From a virus (taxonomy: Duplodnaviria > Caudoviricetes): 64,000 nt of DNA. The notes beneath the pieces were generated by a model. That model was not told the DNA's origin. It worked only from the letters and a program-made list of their open reading frames with translations, and searched no databases. A program made the translations under genes and the position numbers. The stretch covers positions 1 to 64,000 of the IMG/VR virus record IMGVR_UViG_2595698595_000001. One strand, written 5' to 3'. Below, piece after piece: positions 37,675 to 47,268 of this stretch. Each line of letters begins with the position of its first letter. The stretch's first letter is position 1.

Positions 37675-37678
37675 CGAA

Positions 37679-38287
37679 ATGATAGAAAACATAGGAACGT
37701 TATATGTAATAACGAATAAACATGATGGTGGAAAATTCAAATCGATGTTTAACTTAATAGCATGTAATAAAGAAGTACCTTCTAAACATTCTATAGGGAC
37801 AGAAGATGAAATTAGTTTATTCTGGTTCGAAAAATTGATTACGAAAATAAACATAATCGACGATCAGAAAGATAAAGCTGTAGACAGTGCTAAACGTAAG
37901 ATTCGTGAAGTTTACAGGATTTTCAAAGAAATGGATTTCGATTTAGAAATGTATCTTAACTATAACGATTGTAAGTTAATAATCGAACCGGTTGACAAAG
38001 ACGTTTTCGCTATTACTGAACTAACTGAATCATTAGTTTCAGAAATTAGAACTATCGATAATCTTCAGGAAGTCGCTGAAGTCTTAGAAAAATCCATTAA
38101 GAATGGATGCAAATATGTTTCATTGAATGGTACATTCTTTACTAGTGATGAGAATTTAGCTTCTTATGTAACCTATTACGAATTTCCAGAAGAATATGAC
38201 AAGTCTTCGCTTTTGGAAGAAAGCAAGTTTCTTTCTAAAGTTCAAGCTTATAACATTTATACAGTAACTATAACAATACAACCATAA
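37679..38287 (+). CDS. Hypothetical protein
   Basis: Start moved to ATG 37679 (MIENIG). Confidence 0.6.
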   Translation: MIENIGTLYVITNKHDGGKFKSMFNLIACNKEVPSKHSIGTEDEISLFWFEKLITKINIIDDQKDKAVDSAKRKIREVYRIFKEMDFDLEMYLNYNDCKLIIEPVDKDVFAITELTESLVSEIRTIDNLQEVAEVLEKSIKNGCKYVSLNGTFFTSDENLASYVTYYEFPEEYDKSSLLEESKFLSKVQAYNIYTVTITIQP

Positions 38288-38289
38288 TT

Positions 38290-38517
38290 ATGAGTAAAAT
38301 GTCATCCCTTGCTGGATTAGCAATGTTATCAGCTTTAGGAGCTATGGAAAAATATGGAAAGGAATATTACGGAGAACCTGAAAGGGAATCTAAAGAACCA
38401 AAGGAAATAGTCAAACCTATTCCTAATGGTTGTAAAGAATACGTAATCGAAGGTAAAACTATCATAGCTATTTCTGAGAAATCTGCTATGAAAAAATTCA
38501 AAAGAAAATATGGGTAG
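38290..38517 (+). CDS. Hypothetical protein
   Basis: 75-aa ORF, hydrophobic N-terminus. Confidence 0.6.
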   Translation: MSKMSSLAGLAMLSALGAMEKYGKEYYGEPERESKEPKEIVKPIPNGCKEYVIEGKTIIAISEKSAMKKFKRKYG

Positions 38518-38935
38518 TTATTACGGACAGGAATATAATGTGTCACCTGAAGGTTTGTTACCTAGAATGTTAGATGCTAAGTATTTTCAGATTTCTGACA
38601 ATCTTCATATCTTTGCTACACCGAATCTAGCAAAACCTTCGTTATATCGTAAAGGTTCAATTTGTCCAACAACATGGGTTAACATAGGACCAGAACTTGA
38701 TGTTGGTTATAGATATACTGATAAACGTTTTACAGTAACATACTATCGTGGTTCTTTAGATAAGATAGATTTTCATTTCGGTTCTAATCTTTCTAAAATC
38801 GTTAAAAGACAAATCAGAGAGTATTTCGAACGTATTCATATTTCGAATCTGTCACAAGTTTCTTATACTTTCGATATCTTTGTTTATTGTGAATCCGAAA
38901 CATTCGAAAAATTTATGAAAGAATTGTCTGAGTAA
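38510..38935 (+). CDS. Hypothetical protein
   Basis: 141-aa ORF. Confidence 0.6.
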   Translation: MGSYYGQEYNVSPEGLLPRMLDAKYFQISDNLHIFATPNLAKPSLYRKGSICPTTWVNIGPELDVGYRYTDKRFTVTYYRGSLDKIDFHFGSNLSKIVKRQIREYFERIHISNLSQVSYTFDIFVYCESETFEKFMKELSE

Positions 38936-38965
38936 CTGAAACTTTTGACATAATCGTAGTACTAT
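38936..38965 (+). promoter_or_regulatory. Class A promoter (CTGAAAC-N17-TACTAT)
   Basis: Motif with CGTAG before -10. Confidence 0.75.
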
Positions 38966-38998
38966 ACATTTAATTAATAATCTGTAAACTATACAATC

Positions 38999-39352
38999 AT
39001 GAAACAAGTAGATTTAAACAAGGAAATTCAACTTCAGTATTTAGCTATCGAAAACGGTAGTCTAGTTCTTAAAGATAATTTAGTTATACCGTTAAAACAT
39101 TTGACTTCGTTAACATCACATGCTATAGTAAAGCATACAACTAAAGGTGTGATACAGCGTACTCAAAATCCTTTAGCGAATTCGTTAGTTAGAATAGCTA
39201 CTTTTAGTTTAATGGATGAAGAATTCATATGTAAGTTTAACGAATTCGATAAGATTCCAATGTTACCTACTGAAATCGTATTACTTGATAGAAGTACTAA
39301 AGATTATCCTGTTTCAAAAATGATAGATTTTTTGAAAGAAACTGTAAAATAA
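38999..39352 (+). CDS. Hypothetical protein
   Basis: 117-aa ORF. Confidence 0.6.
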   Translation: MKQVDLNKEIQLQYLAIENGSLVLKDNLVIPLKHLTSLTSHAIVKHTTKGVIQRTQNPLANSLVRIATFSLMDEEFICKFNEFDKIPMLPTEIVLLDRSTKDYPVSKMIDFLKETVK

Positions 39353-39371
39353 TTGAAAAATAAAGTAAAAT

Positions 39372-39414
39372 AAAGCCTCAGAAACTGAAACTTCTGAGGC
39401 TTTTGTAGTATAAT
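39372..39414 (+). promoter_or_regulatory. Hairpin-embedded class A promoter
   Basis: AAAGCCTCAGAA-ACTGAAAC-TTCTGAGGCTTT then TGTAGTATAAT; 17-nt spacer. Confidence 0.85.
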
Positions 39415-39452
39415 ATACTAAATAAAACATAAATAACTTATATCTTTCAATT

Positions 39453-39812
39453 ATGGCAAATCAATCAAATATCGACATCTTAAATTTCGAATTTCCAAAC
39501 GATACAATTCTTCATTCATATGAAGCTTCTCTTCAAATCGATTATAACTCAACTTATAACGATAAAACTAATCAGGTTACTCAAAAGGAAGGTTTTTACA
39601 ATACTTGGAAACCTAAAACTAAGAAACAACTTATCAGTCTTCATGATAATATCTTGAAACAAGTTTCAAGAGAAATGTTGACAGAGGATATTTCAGAGGT
39701 TTACATTACAGTAAGAGCTAATTACACTTACAAAGACAAACCTGGATATCCTGGTTTCAGTACAAGCAAAAACTTAGTTAAGAAATACATCACTTTCAGA
39801 AACGGTCACTAA
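39453..39812 (+). CDS. Hypothetical protein
   Basis: 119-aa ORF. Confidence 0.6.
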   Translation: MANQSNIDILNFEFPNDTILHSYEASLQIDYNSTYNDKTNQVTQKEGFYNTWKPKTKKQLISLHDNILKQVSREMLTEDISEVYITVRANYTYKDKPGYPGFSTSKNLVKKYITFRNGH

Positions 39813-39848
39813 AATATTTCCAATAAATAATCTTCAATACTATCAACT

Positions 39849-40649
39849 ATGTCAACTACAAAAATCGATAAAATCACAAAGAAAATTGCAGCTTTACTTC
39901 AAAAAGCTGAATCAGCTAAAGAACTTGGTTCAATTGCAGAATTCGAAGCCTTTACAGCACACGCTAACAAGCTTATCATTGAATACAATATCGAACAATC
40001 GAAAATCGATGCGTTAAATGGTGAGGAAAAATTCGCAAAATATGGGAAGTCTTCCATGATTTTCTATGATGGATATTGGGGTTCTCAATGGAGATACAAA
40101 TTAGCAATGGTTTTATCTGAACATAACTTTTGTACGTTCACTACAAAAACTCGTTCTAGAAATTTAACTTTCTATGGTGACATGACAAACGTTGAAAACG
40201 TTGTTTGGTTATATCATTTCTTGAATATGAAACTTCAAGCTTTAGCTGTAAACGCTTGGAAAACTCACTTGAAACGTAAACGTACTGATCCTGTATACAA
40301 ATTGGAAGCTGAATTAATGGAAGCTTTAGGTTCTGGTACTAAACATCAATTCGGTAAAGCTTTCTTATTAGGTGTTGTTCAAGGAATCGATATTAAACTT
40401 AACGAAGAAAAAGAAAAATCTGAGTTAGCTAACGAAATCAATTCTTTAATGATCGTTAACAAAGAAGCTTTAAGAGAATATATCGATCTTACTGTTAAAA
40501 ACTTAAGACGTGATGCAGCTCCTCAGAAATTAACTTATATGTCTGATCAAGCTTACAAAGCTGGAATCGATACTGGTAAAAACATTGAATTCAACGAAAG
40601 AAAATTATCAAGTACTGAGGAACAAGCTAAATCGAAAATGTTAAGCTAA
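39849..40649 (+). CDS. DUF2786 domain protein
   Basis: KIAALLQKAES...EFEAFTAHANKLIIEYNI N-terminal motif. Confidence 0.75.
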   Translation: MSTTKIDKITKKIAALLQKAESAKELGSIAEFEAFTAHANKLIIEYNIEQSKIDALNGEEKFAKYGKSSMIFYDGYWGSQWRYKLAMVLSEHNFCTFTTKTRSRNLTFYGDMTNVENVVWLYHFLNMKLQALAVNAWKTHLKRKRTDPVYKLEAELMEALGSGTKHQFGKAFLLGVVQGIDIKLNEEKEKSELANEINSLMIVNKEALREYIDLTVKNLRRDAAPQKLTYMSDQAYKAGIDTGKNIEFNERKLSSTEEQAKSKMLS

Positions 40650-40675
40650 AAACATCTCTCAATAATTATAAAGTC

Positions 40676-40713
40676 AATCGAACCCATCTTAACGGATGGG
40701 TTCGATTCATTTT
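40676..40713 (+). terminator. Intrinsic terminator
   Basis: AATCGAACCCATCT-TAAC-GGATGGGTTCGATT. Confidence 0.75.
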
Positions 40714-40720
40714 CTCAATT

Positions 40721-40728
40721 TATACATA
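40721..40728 (+). promoter_or_regulatory. Putative late promoter TATACATA
   Basis: TATACATATTTCAT identical to copies at 1994 and 12308. Confidence 0.75.
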
Positions 40729-40745
40729 TTTCATAGGACAAACTT

Positions 40746-42224
40746 ATGGCAATTCAATTAACACGAGTATCACAATATTCAGCTTTAGAAGTAGGAGAAA
40801 CATTTGGATCAGATTTAAACGATATCGATCTATACGTTTACGACTTTAACAATAGTACAGGTAAACAAGTTCTAGGTGCTGACAATAGTAACAATTCAAG
40901 AAACTATTCAACGTCACCATATCTGCAAAACGTTTTCTTAAAAACTACACCCAGACCTTATATTCCTGACACTTATCATGATTCTAGAGAAATAAGTACT
41001 TTACTTCCTGGAAATTTACCAATGGTACAGTTTCAGAAGCTTAGATTACATATGTCAGCAGGTTGGACATATCCTTCTAATATTCATGGAATGTGGTTTA
41101 GAATTTATGTCAAGATAAACGAAATCGATGTTACTTTAGCTTCGATAGTTGATGAATATTTCGACACAAGATTAGAAACTAATTCGAGAGAATATGTTTT
41201 GGAAAATCAAGTGTTTACTCAACATATTGAAGTAGATGTTCTTGACATTAACTTTCTGTTCTCTCAGAAGACACAAGCTTTTCAGGATATAATTAATATT
41301 TTCACTAACGGTCAGCAAGTGTCATATGTATCAGATTTAATGATAGAATTCGGTTTTATTGATAATGATGATATGGTTACGTTTGTTGAAAATGGATTCC
41401 CATTCGAACGATTCTCAAGTTTAACTGACTATCGTAATCAAATCATACAAAGGTCTACTGAAGATTCTCAACTGTTTTCGTTAATATCTTTACAGAAAGA
41501 AAATCCAAATTATCTAGATTTCAAATTAGCTCATAGCACTACAACACTTCAAGCTTATTTCGAGAAGTTCAAAGAGATAAATGAAGAAATCGATATATTT
41601 CATCAGGTTACATTTTCATTCTATGATTCTAATGATGTACTGTTATCAACTGATTCGATAGAACTTAGAAACTTTTCTGATCAATACGCTTCAGTTAGTT
41701 ACATTCCTCATGAATACTATACATCGGATCATATACTTGTACGATGCGTTTCTAGAGCTGTTAATTCAGGTTCTGGTCAAACATGGATTCGAGTTTCAGA
41801 GTTAGCGGTTTTAACAGCTGATTTGAAACCATCGAATGAAGTATTTCAATTTGATAATCTTATCGTTAAGAACGAAATAACAAAGATCGAACATAAACTT
41901 GAGAATTCACCATTACTTCCAGAAGTTGTTGAAATTTACAAACCAGTATACTATGTTCTAGTTTCTAAAGAACAACCAGAAATTTCGATCTCACCATTTG
42001 ATTCAGCATTCGCTTTCGATATCGATATCGAAGTTGTAGCTTCTAAAAAGTTATCTTTACGAATAGGTGAACGTGTATATGAAGAAACTTCAAGGACGTC
42101 TAATTCTGTCATATTTAATATCAAAGCTTTAGAATACTATCGAAAGGAAAAGGAATACTATATCGTAGACGGAAATCTACAGGAAGTATTTCGAGGAAAG
42201 GTTACAAGATACGGAGAACAATAA
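40746..42224 (+). CDS. Putative virion structural protein
   Basis: 492-aa beta-rich ORF under late motif. Confidence 0.55.
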   Translation: MAIQLTRVSQYSALEVGETFGSDLNDIDLYVYDFNNSTGKQVLGADNSNNSRNYSTSPYLQNVFLKTTPRPYIPDTYHDSREISTLLPGNLPMVQFQKLRLHMSAGWTYPSNIHGMWFRIYVKINEIDVTLASIVDEYFDTRLETNSREYVLENQVFTQHIEVDVLDINFLFSQKTQAFQDIINIFTNGQQVSYVSDLMIEFGFIDNDDMVTFVENGFPFERFSSLTDYRNQIIQRSTEDSQLFSLISLQKENPNYLDFKLAHSTTTLQAYFEKFKEINEEIDIFHQVTFSFYDSNDVLLSTDSIELRNFSDQYASVSYIPHEYYTSDHILVRCVSRAVNSGSGQTWIRVSELAVLTADLKPSNEVFQFDNLIVKNEITKIEHKLENSPLLPEVVEIYKPVYYVLVSKEQPEISISPFDSAFAFDIDIEVVASKKLSLRIGERVYEETSRTSNSVIFNIKALEYYRKEKEYYIVDGNLQEVFRGKVTRYGEQ

Positions 42225-42241
42225 GTTCTCCGTTTTTGTTT
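42211..42241 (+). terminator. Terminator overlapping stop codon
   Basis: ACGGAGAAC-AATAA-GTTCTCCGT then TTTTGTTT. Confidence 0.75.
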
Positions 42242-42308
42242 AGTATAATATCAATACTAATAATACATATTCTATAATGATAAACTAGTTACTTTTCGTA
42301 ACATTCAG

Positions 42309-42337
42309 GATAACGATTATTCAAAGTTTAGTATAAT
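42309..42337 (+). promoter_or_regulatory. Class A promoter variant (GATAAC-N17-TATAAT)
   Basis: TTTAGTATAAT with AAC-ending element 17 nt upstream. Confidence 0.5.
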
Positions 42338-42402
42338 ATAATCTATTAAGATAGTTACTCATTATACACACGTACTGCAAATATTAGGAAAGATTTATAA
42401 AC

Positions 42403-45400
42403 ATGAAACACATTACAATCAAAGCTATTCATGCTAAGATGCAAGAAGGTGATGATCGTCTATATGATAGACGTTTCTCACTTTCAAGGGAAAACGATGT
42501 GAACAAATACTCAGTTCACTTAGAAGACACAGGAATGCACCCATTAATTCCAAAATTCTCCCTGAAAGACTTAGCTGAATTATCAAAACAGAATCAAGAA
42601 TCGTATACGAAAATTATAGAAGACATTAAAACTTCAAGACTTTCTGATAAACGATTAACTGGTTCTGATCAATCTATTTTTCTAAATGAAAATGGATGGG
42701 ATTCTGAAGATGATATTGAAGATATCGATCTAAGAATCGAGGAATTGAAAATTCGTTTAGCTTCAAAATATCGTGAAAGGATTGATTCAAATTCTATCGA
42801 TAATGTAATACCTCATGAATTGATTGAAGAAATCAATCGTTTAGAATTACGTAAGAATGGTTGGAATGCAATGACTAAGTTCAATGACACAAAATACATT
42901 CTTCAGAATTCGATTACAATATTTCAGGATGCTTTCGAAACTAACAAACATATTGACGACTTCGATAATAACAAAGAAACTCGTAAAGAAAAACCTTTCA
43001 AATATCGTAATCGTTCATTAGCTGGAATTTTACAATTAATCGCAACTCCGAATTCAACGAATAAGATTAATCGTGAACAAATCTATTCAGTAACAACTGG
43101 TATCAGACCTGTTTCAGATTCTTATCATCTATGGAACGGATTTCAAATCTTTGACTTAGACTTGAAAAACTCATCAACTGAACATAACGTTGACAAAATC
43201 AAGGAAAAACTTTACAACGATTTGAAACAATATAACTGGTTCTTAGGTGTTGGAAAATCAACTTCTGGTAACGGTATTCACGTTTATACTAAAGTTGCTA
43301 GACCACATCAGTATTATCTGAATCCTGAGGATAATGAATCCTTAATCAAATATTGGTTCCGTATCTCATACATTCAGAAATATTCAATCTTAAGGTATCT
43401 GTTAGGTGATGTATATGGATTAGAACTAAATCTAAACCATCCTAAGAAAGCTGTAATTGACTTTTCAATGGCACGTATTCAACAAGGTGCTAAAATTACA
43501 TACGATCCAAATTTCTTAATCAATGAGAATTTCGAAGACTTACAAATTCAGTTTGGATTTCATATCCCACCGAAAGTAAATCTTGAACTTGAAGATTGGT
43601 TGACACATCAATCGATTATGGAAAGTAAGAAAATCCAAAACTGGAATCGTGAACATGACATAATCGTTGAATCTATTGAGAACAATGGTTCGTTCAAAGA
43701 GTTCAAAGAATTAGATGTATCTACAGATTTAGAATTTGACAGAAATCAAACTATCGAAACTTTGAAACCTTTCGAAGGTGAGATTTATTACGCATTACGT
43801 TGGAACGTTGTAAATACAGTTGCTGCTATATTTGGTGAGCAAGGTCGTGAAATTGCACATTTTGTTTTGAAATCCGAATTCTGTAAAAATGAATCAGAGA
43901 TTCAAGGTATGTACAATACAGCGATAACTTCAAACAAACCATTTACGAAATGGGGTATTCAAATACTTCAAACATGTGGATTACAAGTTAAATACACAGA
44001 TGAAGGTGAGGATAAACTTGATGAAGAATTAAAAGCGGAACTTAAAGCATTACTTCAATCAGCTTCAAAGAATATTACAAGAAAGGACAATAACGTAATT
44101 ACTTTGAAATCTAACGAATATCTTGGAAACATATCAGACGTAATACTTGGGAAAATGACACAAGATAAAGTTAATCTTGTAATATCTCCTCCAGGTACTG
44201 GTAAGACTGAATGGATTAAGTCATTAGTAAAACAAGGTAAAAAGGTTTGTTTAGTACTTCCATATACTTCAATTATTCAAGCTAAAATTGAGAAAGATGA
44301 AGAGTTCTCGAAACTATTCGATTCATACTATGGTTATACAGCTATCGAGAAACATGGCGGTAAATCTGCTGTAATGACTATCGATAAGTTCGCAAACTGT
44401 GATACTGAACAATTACTTCATTCATATGATTACATAGCATTAGATGAATCTCACTTGATTTTTACAAGTTCGTTTAGGTTAAGAGCTATGTCAAATGCTT
44501 TGAAGAAAATTAAGGAACTTACGAAACCAAAACTAATGTCATTTGGATTAGCTAAAACTATTCTTATGACTGGTACACCAACTGGTGAGATTCCATATTT
44601 TGATTTCTATAAGAATTTGAATCTGTTCACAATTACTAAAGAGGAGAAACGTTCTAAAAATGTTAAGTTCAGAATTTGTAACACAGTAGATGAACAACTT
44701 TGTCAAATCGCAATTCATATAGCTAAATCATTACAAATCGGTCGTAAGGTATTGTTTCCAACAAACAAAGGTGATAATCAAGCTATCAAACTTGTTGGTA
44801 TGATCGAATTCATTTTGAAACGTTCAATCAAATGGGGATATTACAAGAAATCTAATCAAGGTGATGAACTTTCGAATTCGATTAATGACGATGCAACAAT
44901 GTCGAATTACGAATTGTTATTAGCTTCAAACTATTTATCAGTAGGTATCGATATTAAGGATATTGCAGATTTCGAATGTATCTATGATAACTCATTTGCT
45001 GCATATGAAATAGAACAATTCAATTGTCGTTTACGTGAAGTTGATATTAGTTCAACAGTTTATTTAGCTTGTCATACACCAAGTGGTGAGGTATCTCCAG
45101 CGATTATGAATGTTGAATCTTTCAGTTTAGAAATGAATCGAATAGATCGTGATTTATTACGTGACCATTTGGATATCGCTCAAACGAAATTGAATCTTTC
45201 AGCTAACTATGATCCAATAACAAGACGTATTTTCACTCCAGGATTGGATATTGAAAACGGTCAAGTGGTATTTAAACTTGAAGAACATGAATTGGTAAAA
45301 TTTGAAGAACGATTCTTACAGGTTTACAAATCTCCATATTTCGTAGCAAGAGGTTTAGCTGAATTCGGATATTCTATAGATATCGAAATAGCTGAAAAAC

Positions 45401-46317
45401 CAAATGAAGATGAACAAGCTATTATCGCAGCTGGTTTGGAAATAGCTAAAATGGATTCGATACAACAAAATAATCTGATGATCGAATCAGTTAGATGGCT
45501 GTTGAAAAATGATAAGTATACGAATAAACTTGATACAGCTACTTACGATAATCTTCCAAAAGCGATTTACGATAATAACATTCAGATAATAACTGATTCG
45601 AATTTAACTGAAGAAATTGCTCAAGTCAATGAGGATTATTTAGGAGTAATTACTTCGATTTCGGTAATGTCTTATCGAAGGTTTAATGAAGCGATTCCAA
45701 TAGCAATTCGATTATTGTCAATGTATTGCTCTGATACTGCGTTATTCATATTCGATTCTTGTGTTTCCGAAAATGGTAAACTGAATAAAACTGAAGTTGA
45801 TAGATACTTGCAATTGATTCAGTTAGTCAAACATAGTGAAAGAGATGATATCGCTCCAGCATTCTTTGAATTACTTGAAGACATTTACAAAATCGTAAAC
45901 GTTTTCGTCGAAGACCCTGATTATACTATCGATCAAGCTATTCTTTCATCTAATATCGATAACATAACAATCAAGTTCTTAGAAGCTATGAATTTAGAAT
46001 TACGAACCGATCAAATGCGTCAGAAATATCGAGATGAAGTTAATCGAATCGTAAATATTCTTACTAAGAAGAAACGTAAAAACAAACAAGTGTATCTAGA
46101 ATTCAGAGTTCTTCCAAGTCCTGATAATGAAACAAGACAAAAACGAGAAGCTTACAATGCAATTCTAAATAGAATATTCGAACTTAACGATTCTAAGGTT
46201 GAGGAAATCAACAGAATTCGTTTAAGTCATATCGATGACGATTTAGTGATAACTAAACAAACTGAAACTCTCAGAAACATCGATATCAAGAAAGTAAATT
46301 ATACAATCGCTTTATAA
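42403..46317 (+). CDS. Primase-polymerase (AEP/VirE N-terminal-like) and PriCT-like domain fused to SF2 helicase
   Basis: IFDLDLK and KSTSGNGIHVY AEP motifs; SPPGTGKT, IALDESH, LMTGTP, SVGIDI, EQFNCRLR helicase motifs. Confidence 0.8.
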   Translation: MKHITIKAIHAKMQEGDDRLYDRRFSLSRENDVNKYSVHLEDTGMHPLIPKFSLKDLAELSKQNQESYTKIIEDIKTSRLSDKRLTGSDQSIFLNENGWDSEDDIEDIDLRIEELKIRLASKYRERIDSNSIDNVIPHELIEEINRLELRKNGWNAMTKFNDTKYILQNSITIFQDAFETNKHIDDFDNNKETRKEKPFKYRNRSLAGILQLIATPNSTNKINREQIYSVTTGIRPVSDSYHLWNGFQIFDLDLKNSSTEHNVDKIKEKLYNDLKQYNWFLGVGKSTSGNGIHVYTKVARPHQYYLNPEDNESLIKYWFRISYIQKYSILRYLLGDVYGLELNLNHPKKAVIDFSMARIQQGAKITYDPNFLINENFEDLQIQFGFHIPPKVNLELEDWLTHQSIMESKKIQNWNREHDIIVESIENNGSFKEFKELDVSTDLEFDRNQTIETLKPFEGEIYYALRWNVVNTVAAIFGEQGREIAHFVLKSEFCKNESEIQGMYNTAITSNKPFTKWGIQILQTCGLQVKYTDEGEDKLDEELKAELKALLQSASKNITRKDNNVITLKSNEYLGNISDVILGKMTQDKVNLVISPPGTGKTEWIKSLVKQGKKVCLVLPYTSIIQAKIEKDEEFSKLFDSYYGYTAIEKHGGKSAVMTIDKFANCDTEQLLHSYDYIALDESHLIFTSSFRLRAMSNALKKIKELTKPKLMSFGLAKTILMTGTPTGEIPYFDFYKNLNLFTITKEEKRSKNVKFRICNTVDEQLCQIAIHIAKSLQIGRKVLFPTNKGDNQAIKLVGMIEFILKRSIKWGYYKKSNQGDELSNSINDDATMSNYELLLASNYLSVGIDIKDIADFECIYDNSFAAYEIEQFNCRLREVDISSTVYLACHTPSGEVSPAIMNVESFSLEMNRIDRDLLRDHLDIAQTKLNLSANYDPITRRIFTPGLDIENGQVVFKLEEHELVKFEERFLQVYKSPYFVARGLAEFGYSIDIEIAEKPNEDEQAIIAAGLEIAKMDSIQQNNLMIESVRWLLKNDKYTNKLDTATYDNLPKAIYDNNIQIITDSNLTEEIAQVNEDYLGVITSISVMSYRRFNEAIPIAIRLLSMYCSDTALFIFDSCVSENGKLNKTEVDRYLQLIQLVKHSERDDIAPAFFELLEDIYKIVNVFVEDPDYTIDQAILSSNIDNITIKFLEAMNLELRTDQMRQKYRDEVNRIVNILTKKKRKNKQVYLEFRVLPSPDNETRQKREAYNAILNRIFELNDSKVEEINRIRLSHIDDDLVITKQTETLRNIDIKKVNYTIAL

Positions 46318-46333
46318 GCAATCTTTCCTAAAT

Positions 46334-46368
46334 CCTCGGGTGATTAAGTTCATCCGAGGTTCCTTTAT
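46334..46368 (+). terminator. Hairpin, probable terminator
   Basis: CCTCGGGTGA...TCATCCGAGG. Confidence 0.6.
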
Positions 46369-46371
46369 ATT

Positions 46372-46509
46372 ATGCAGAAACCTAAGCAACTTTCAGAAGA
46401 AGAATTGTCAAAAGTAATGAAAACTTTACATGAACAAGAAGTAGAAGACATAAGAAGATTATCTAACAGATTAGAACGTTATCTGAAATTAATGAAGAAA
46501 CAAAAATAA
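46372..46509 (+). CDS. Small helical protein (45 aa, not in ORF track)
   Basis: MQKPKQLSEEELSKVMKTLHEQEVEDIRRLSNRLERYLKLMKKQK fills the intergenic gap. Confidence 0.6.
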   Translation: MQKPKQLSEEELSKVMKTLHEQEVEDIRRLSNRLERYLKLMKKQK

Positions 46510-46514
46510 GCATT

Positions 46515-47051
46515 ATGAAATGGACCACTTTATCAATGTCAGACTTATGGGATTTTATCCATATGCATGATATAAGAACATCTGAATTCATCAAACCTAA
46601 GTTCCCTACTAGGAGATGGGGTCAGTCGTTTACAAAGACTTCTACAACTTGTAAACATTCTGTCGAAAGAATATCCAAACAATTAAACGAACTTAGATTT
46701 GATACGAAAATAGTATCAGACAAAGAAGCTAACGTTAAATTCAAGAATCTTGGAAAGTTCAAATCGATTCAGATATTGACAAAAGACTTGAGAACGTTCA
46801 AAAATAAAATACTTATGTTTAGATTACAGAAAGCTGCTAACGAAATCGCAAAACGTGGAATATCACCAAAAGTGTATGCTGATGCTATTAATTTACATAT
46901 TAATAACTTCGACATGGAGTCAGTAAACTTTCCAAATTACTCACCATTAAAGCAATTCGAATTTCCTAAAGCTATTCGAGTTTACGCTAAATTAGTACCA
47001 TCTGAAGATATTACGGTAAATCCTAACTATAAAAATGATGAAACTAACTAA
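46515..47051 (+). CDS. Hypothetical basic protein
   Basis: 178-aa ORF. Confidence 0.6.
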   Translation: MKWTTLSMSDLWDFIHMHDIRTSEFIKPKFPTRRWGQSFTKTSTTCKHSVERISKQLNELRFDTKIVSDKEANVKFKNLGKFKSIQILTKDLRTFKNKILMFRLQKAANEIAKRGISPKVYADAINLHINNFDMESVNFPNYSPLKQFEFPKAIRVYAKLVPSEDITVNPNYKNDETN

Positions 47052-47238
47052 AGAATTAAAGAAAAATATCGAAGACTATTTCGAAAATAAAACGGGTGAT
47101 GAATTAATAGAAATCATGGAGAAACATGGTATGACAATTACCGAAGTTGAAATATCTGACCCATCGTTTACTGAAGAACCTTCTGATATCATCAGTATCG
47201 ATTTAACTTATGATACTGTAACATTAGAAGAAAGTTAA
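47035..47238 (+). CDS. Hypothetical protein
   Basis: 67-aa ORF. Confidence 0.55.
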   Translation: MMKLTKELKKNIEDYFENKTGDELIEIMEKHGMTITEVEISDPSFTEEPSDIISIDLTYDTVTLEES

Positions 47239-47245
47239 GTACTAT
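47217..47245 (+). promoter_or_regulatory. Class A promoter variant (TGTAAC-N17-TACTAT)
   Basis: 17-nt spacer. Confidence 0.55.
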
Positions 47246-47268
47246 ACAATTATACTTCTAAAGTAAAT

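Noticed and set aside
25470-39414. CRISPR repeats or REP/MITE elements
   Set aside because: Copies are single, kilobases apart, differ in stem sequence and are tied to a -10 box at fixed spacing.
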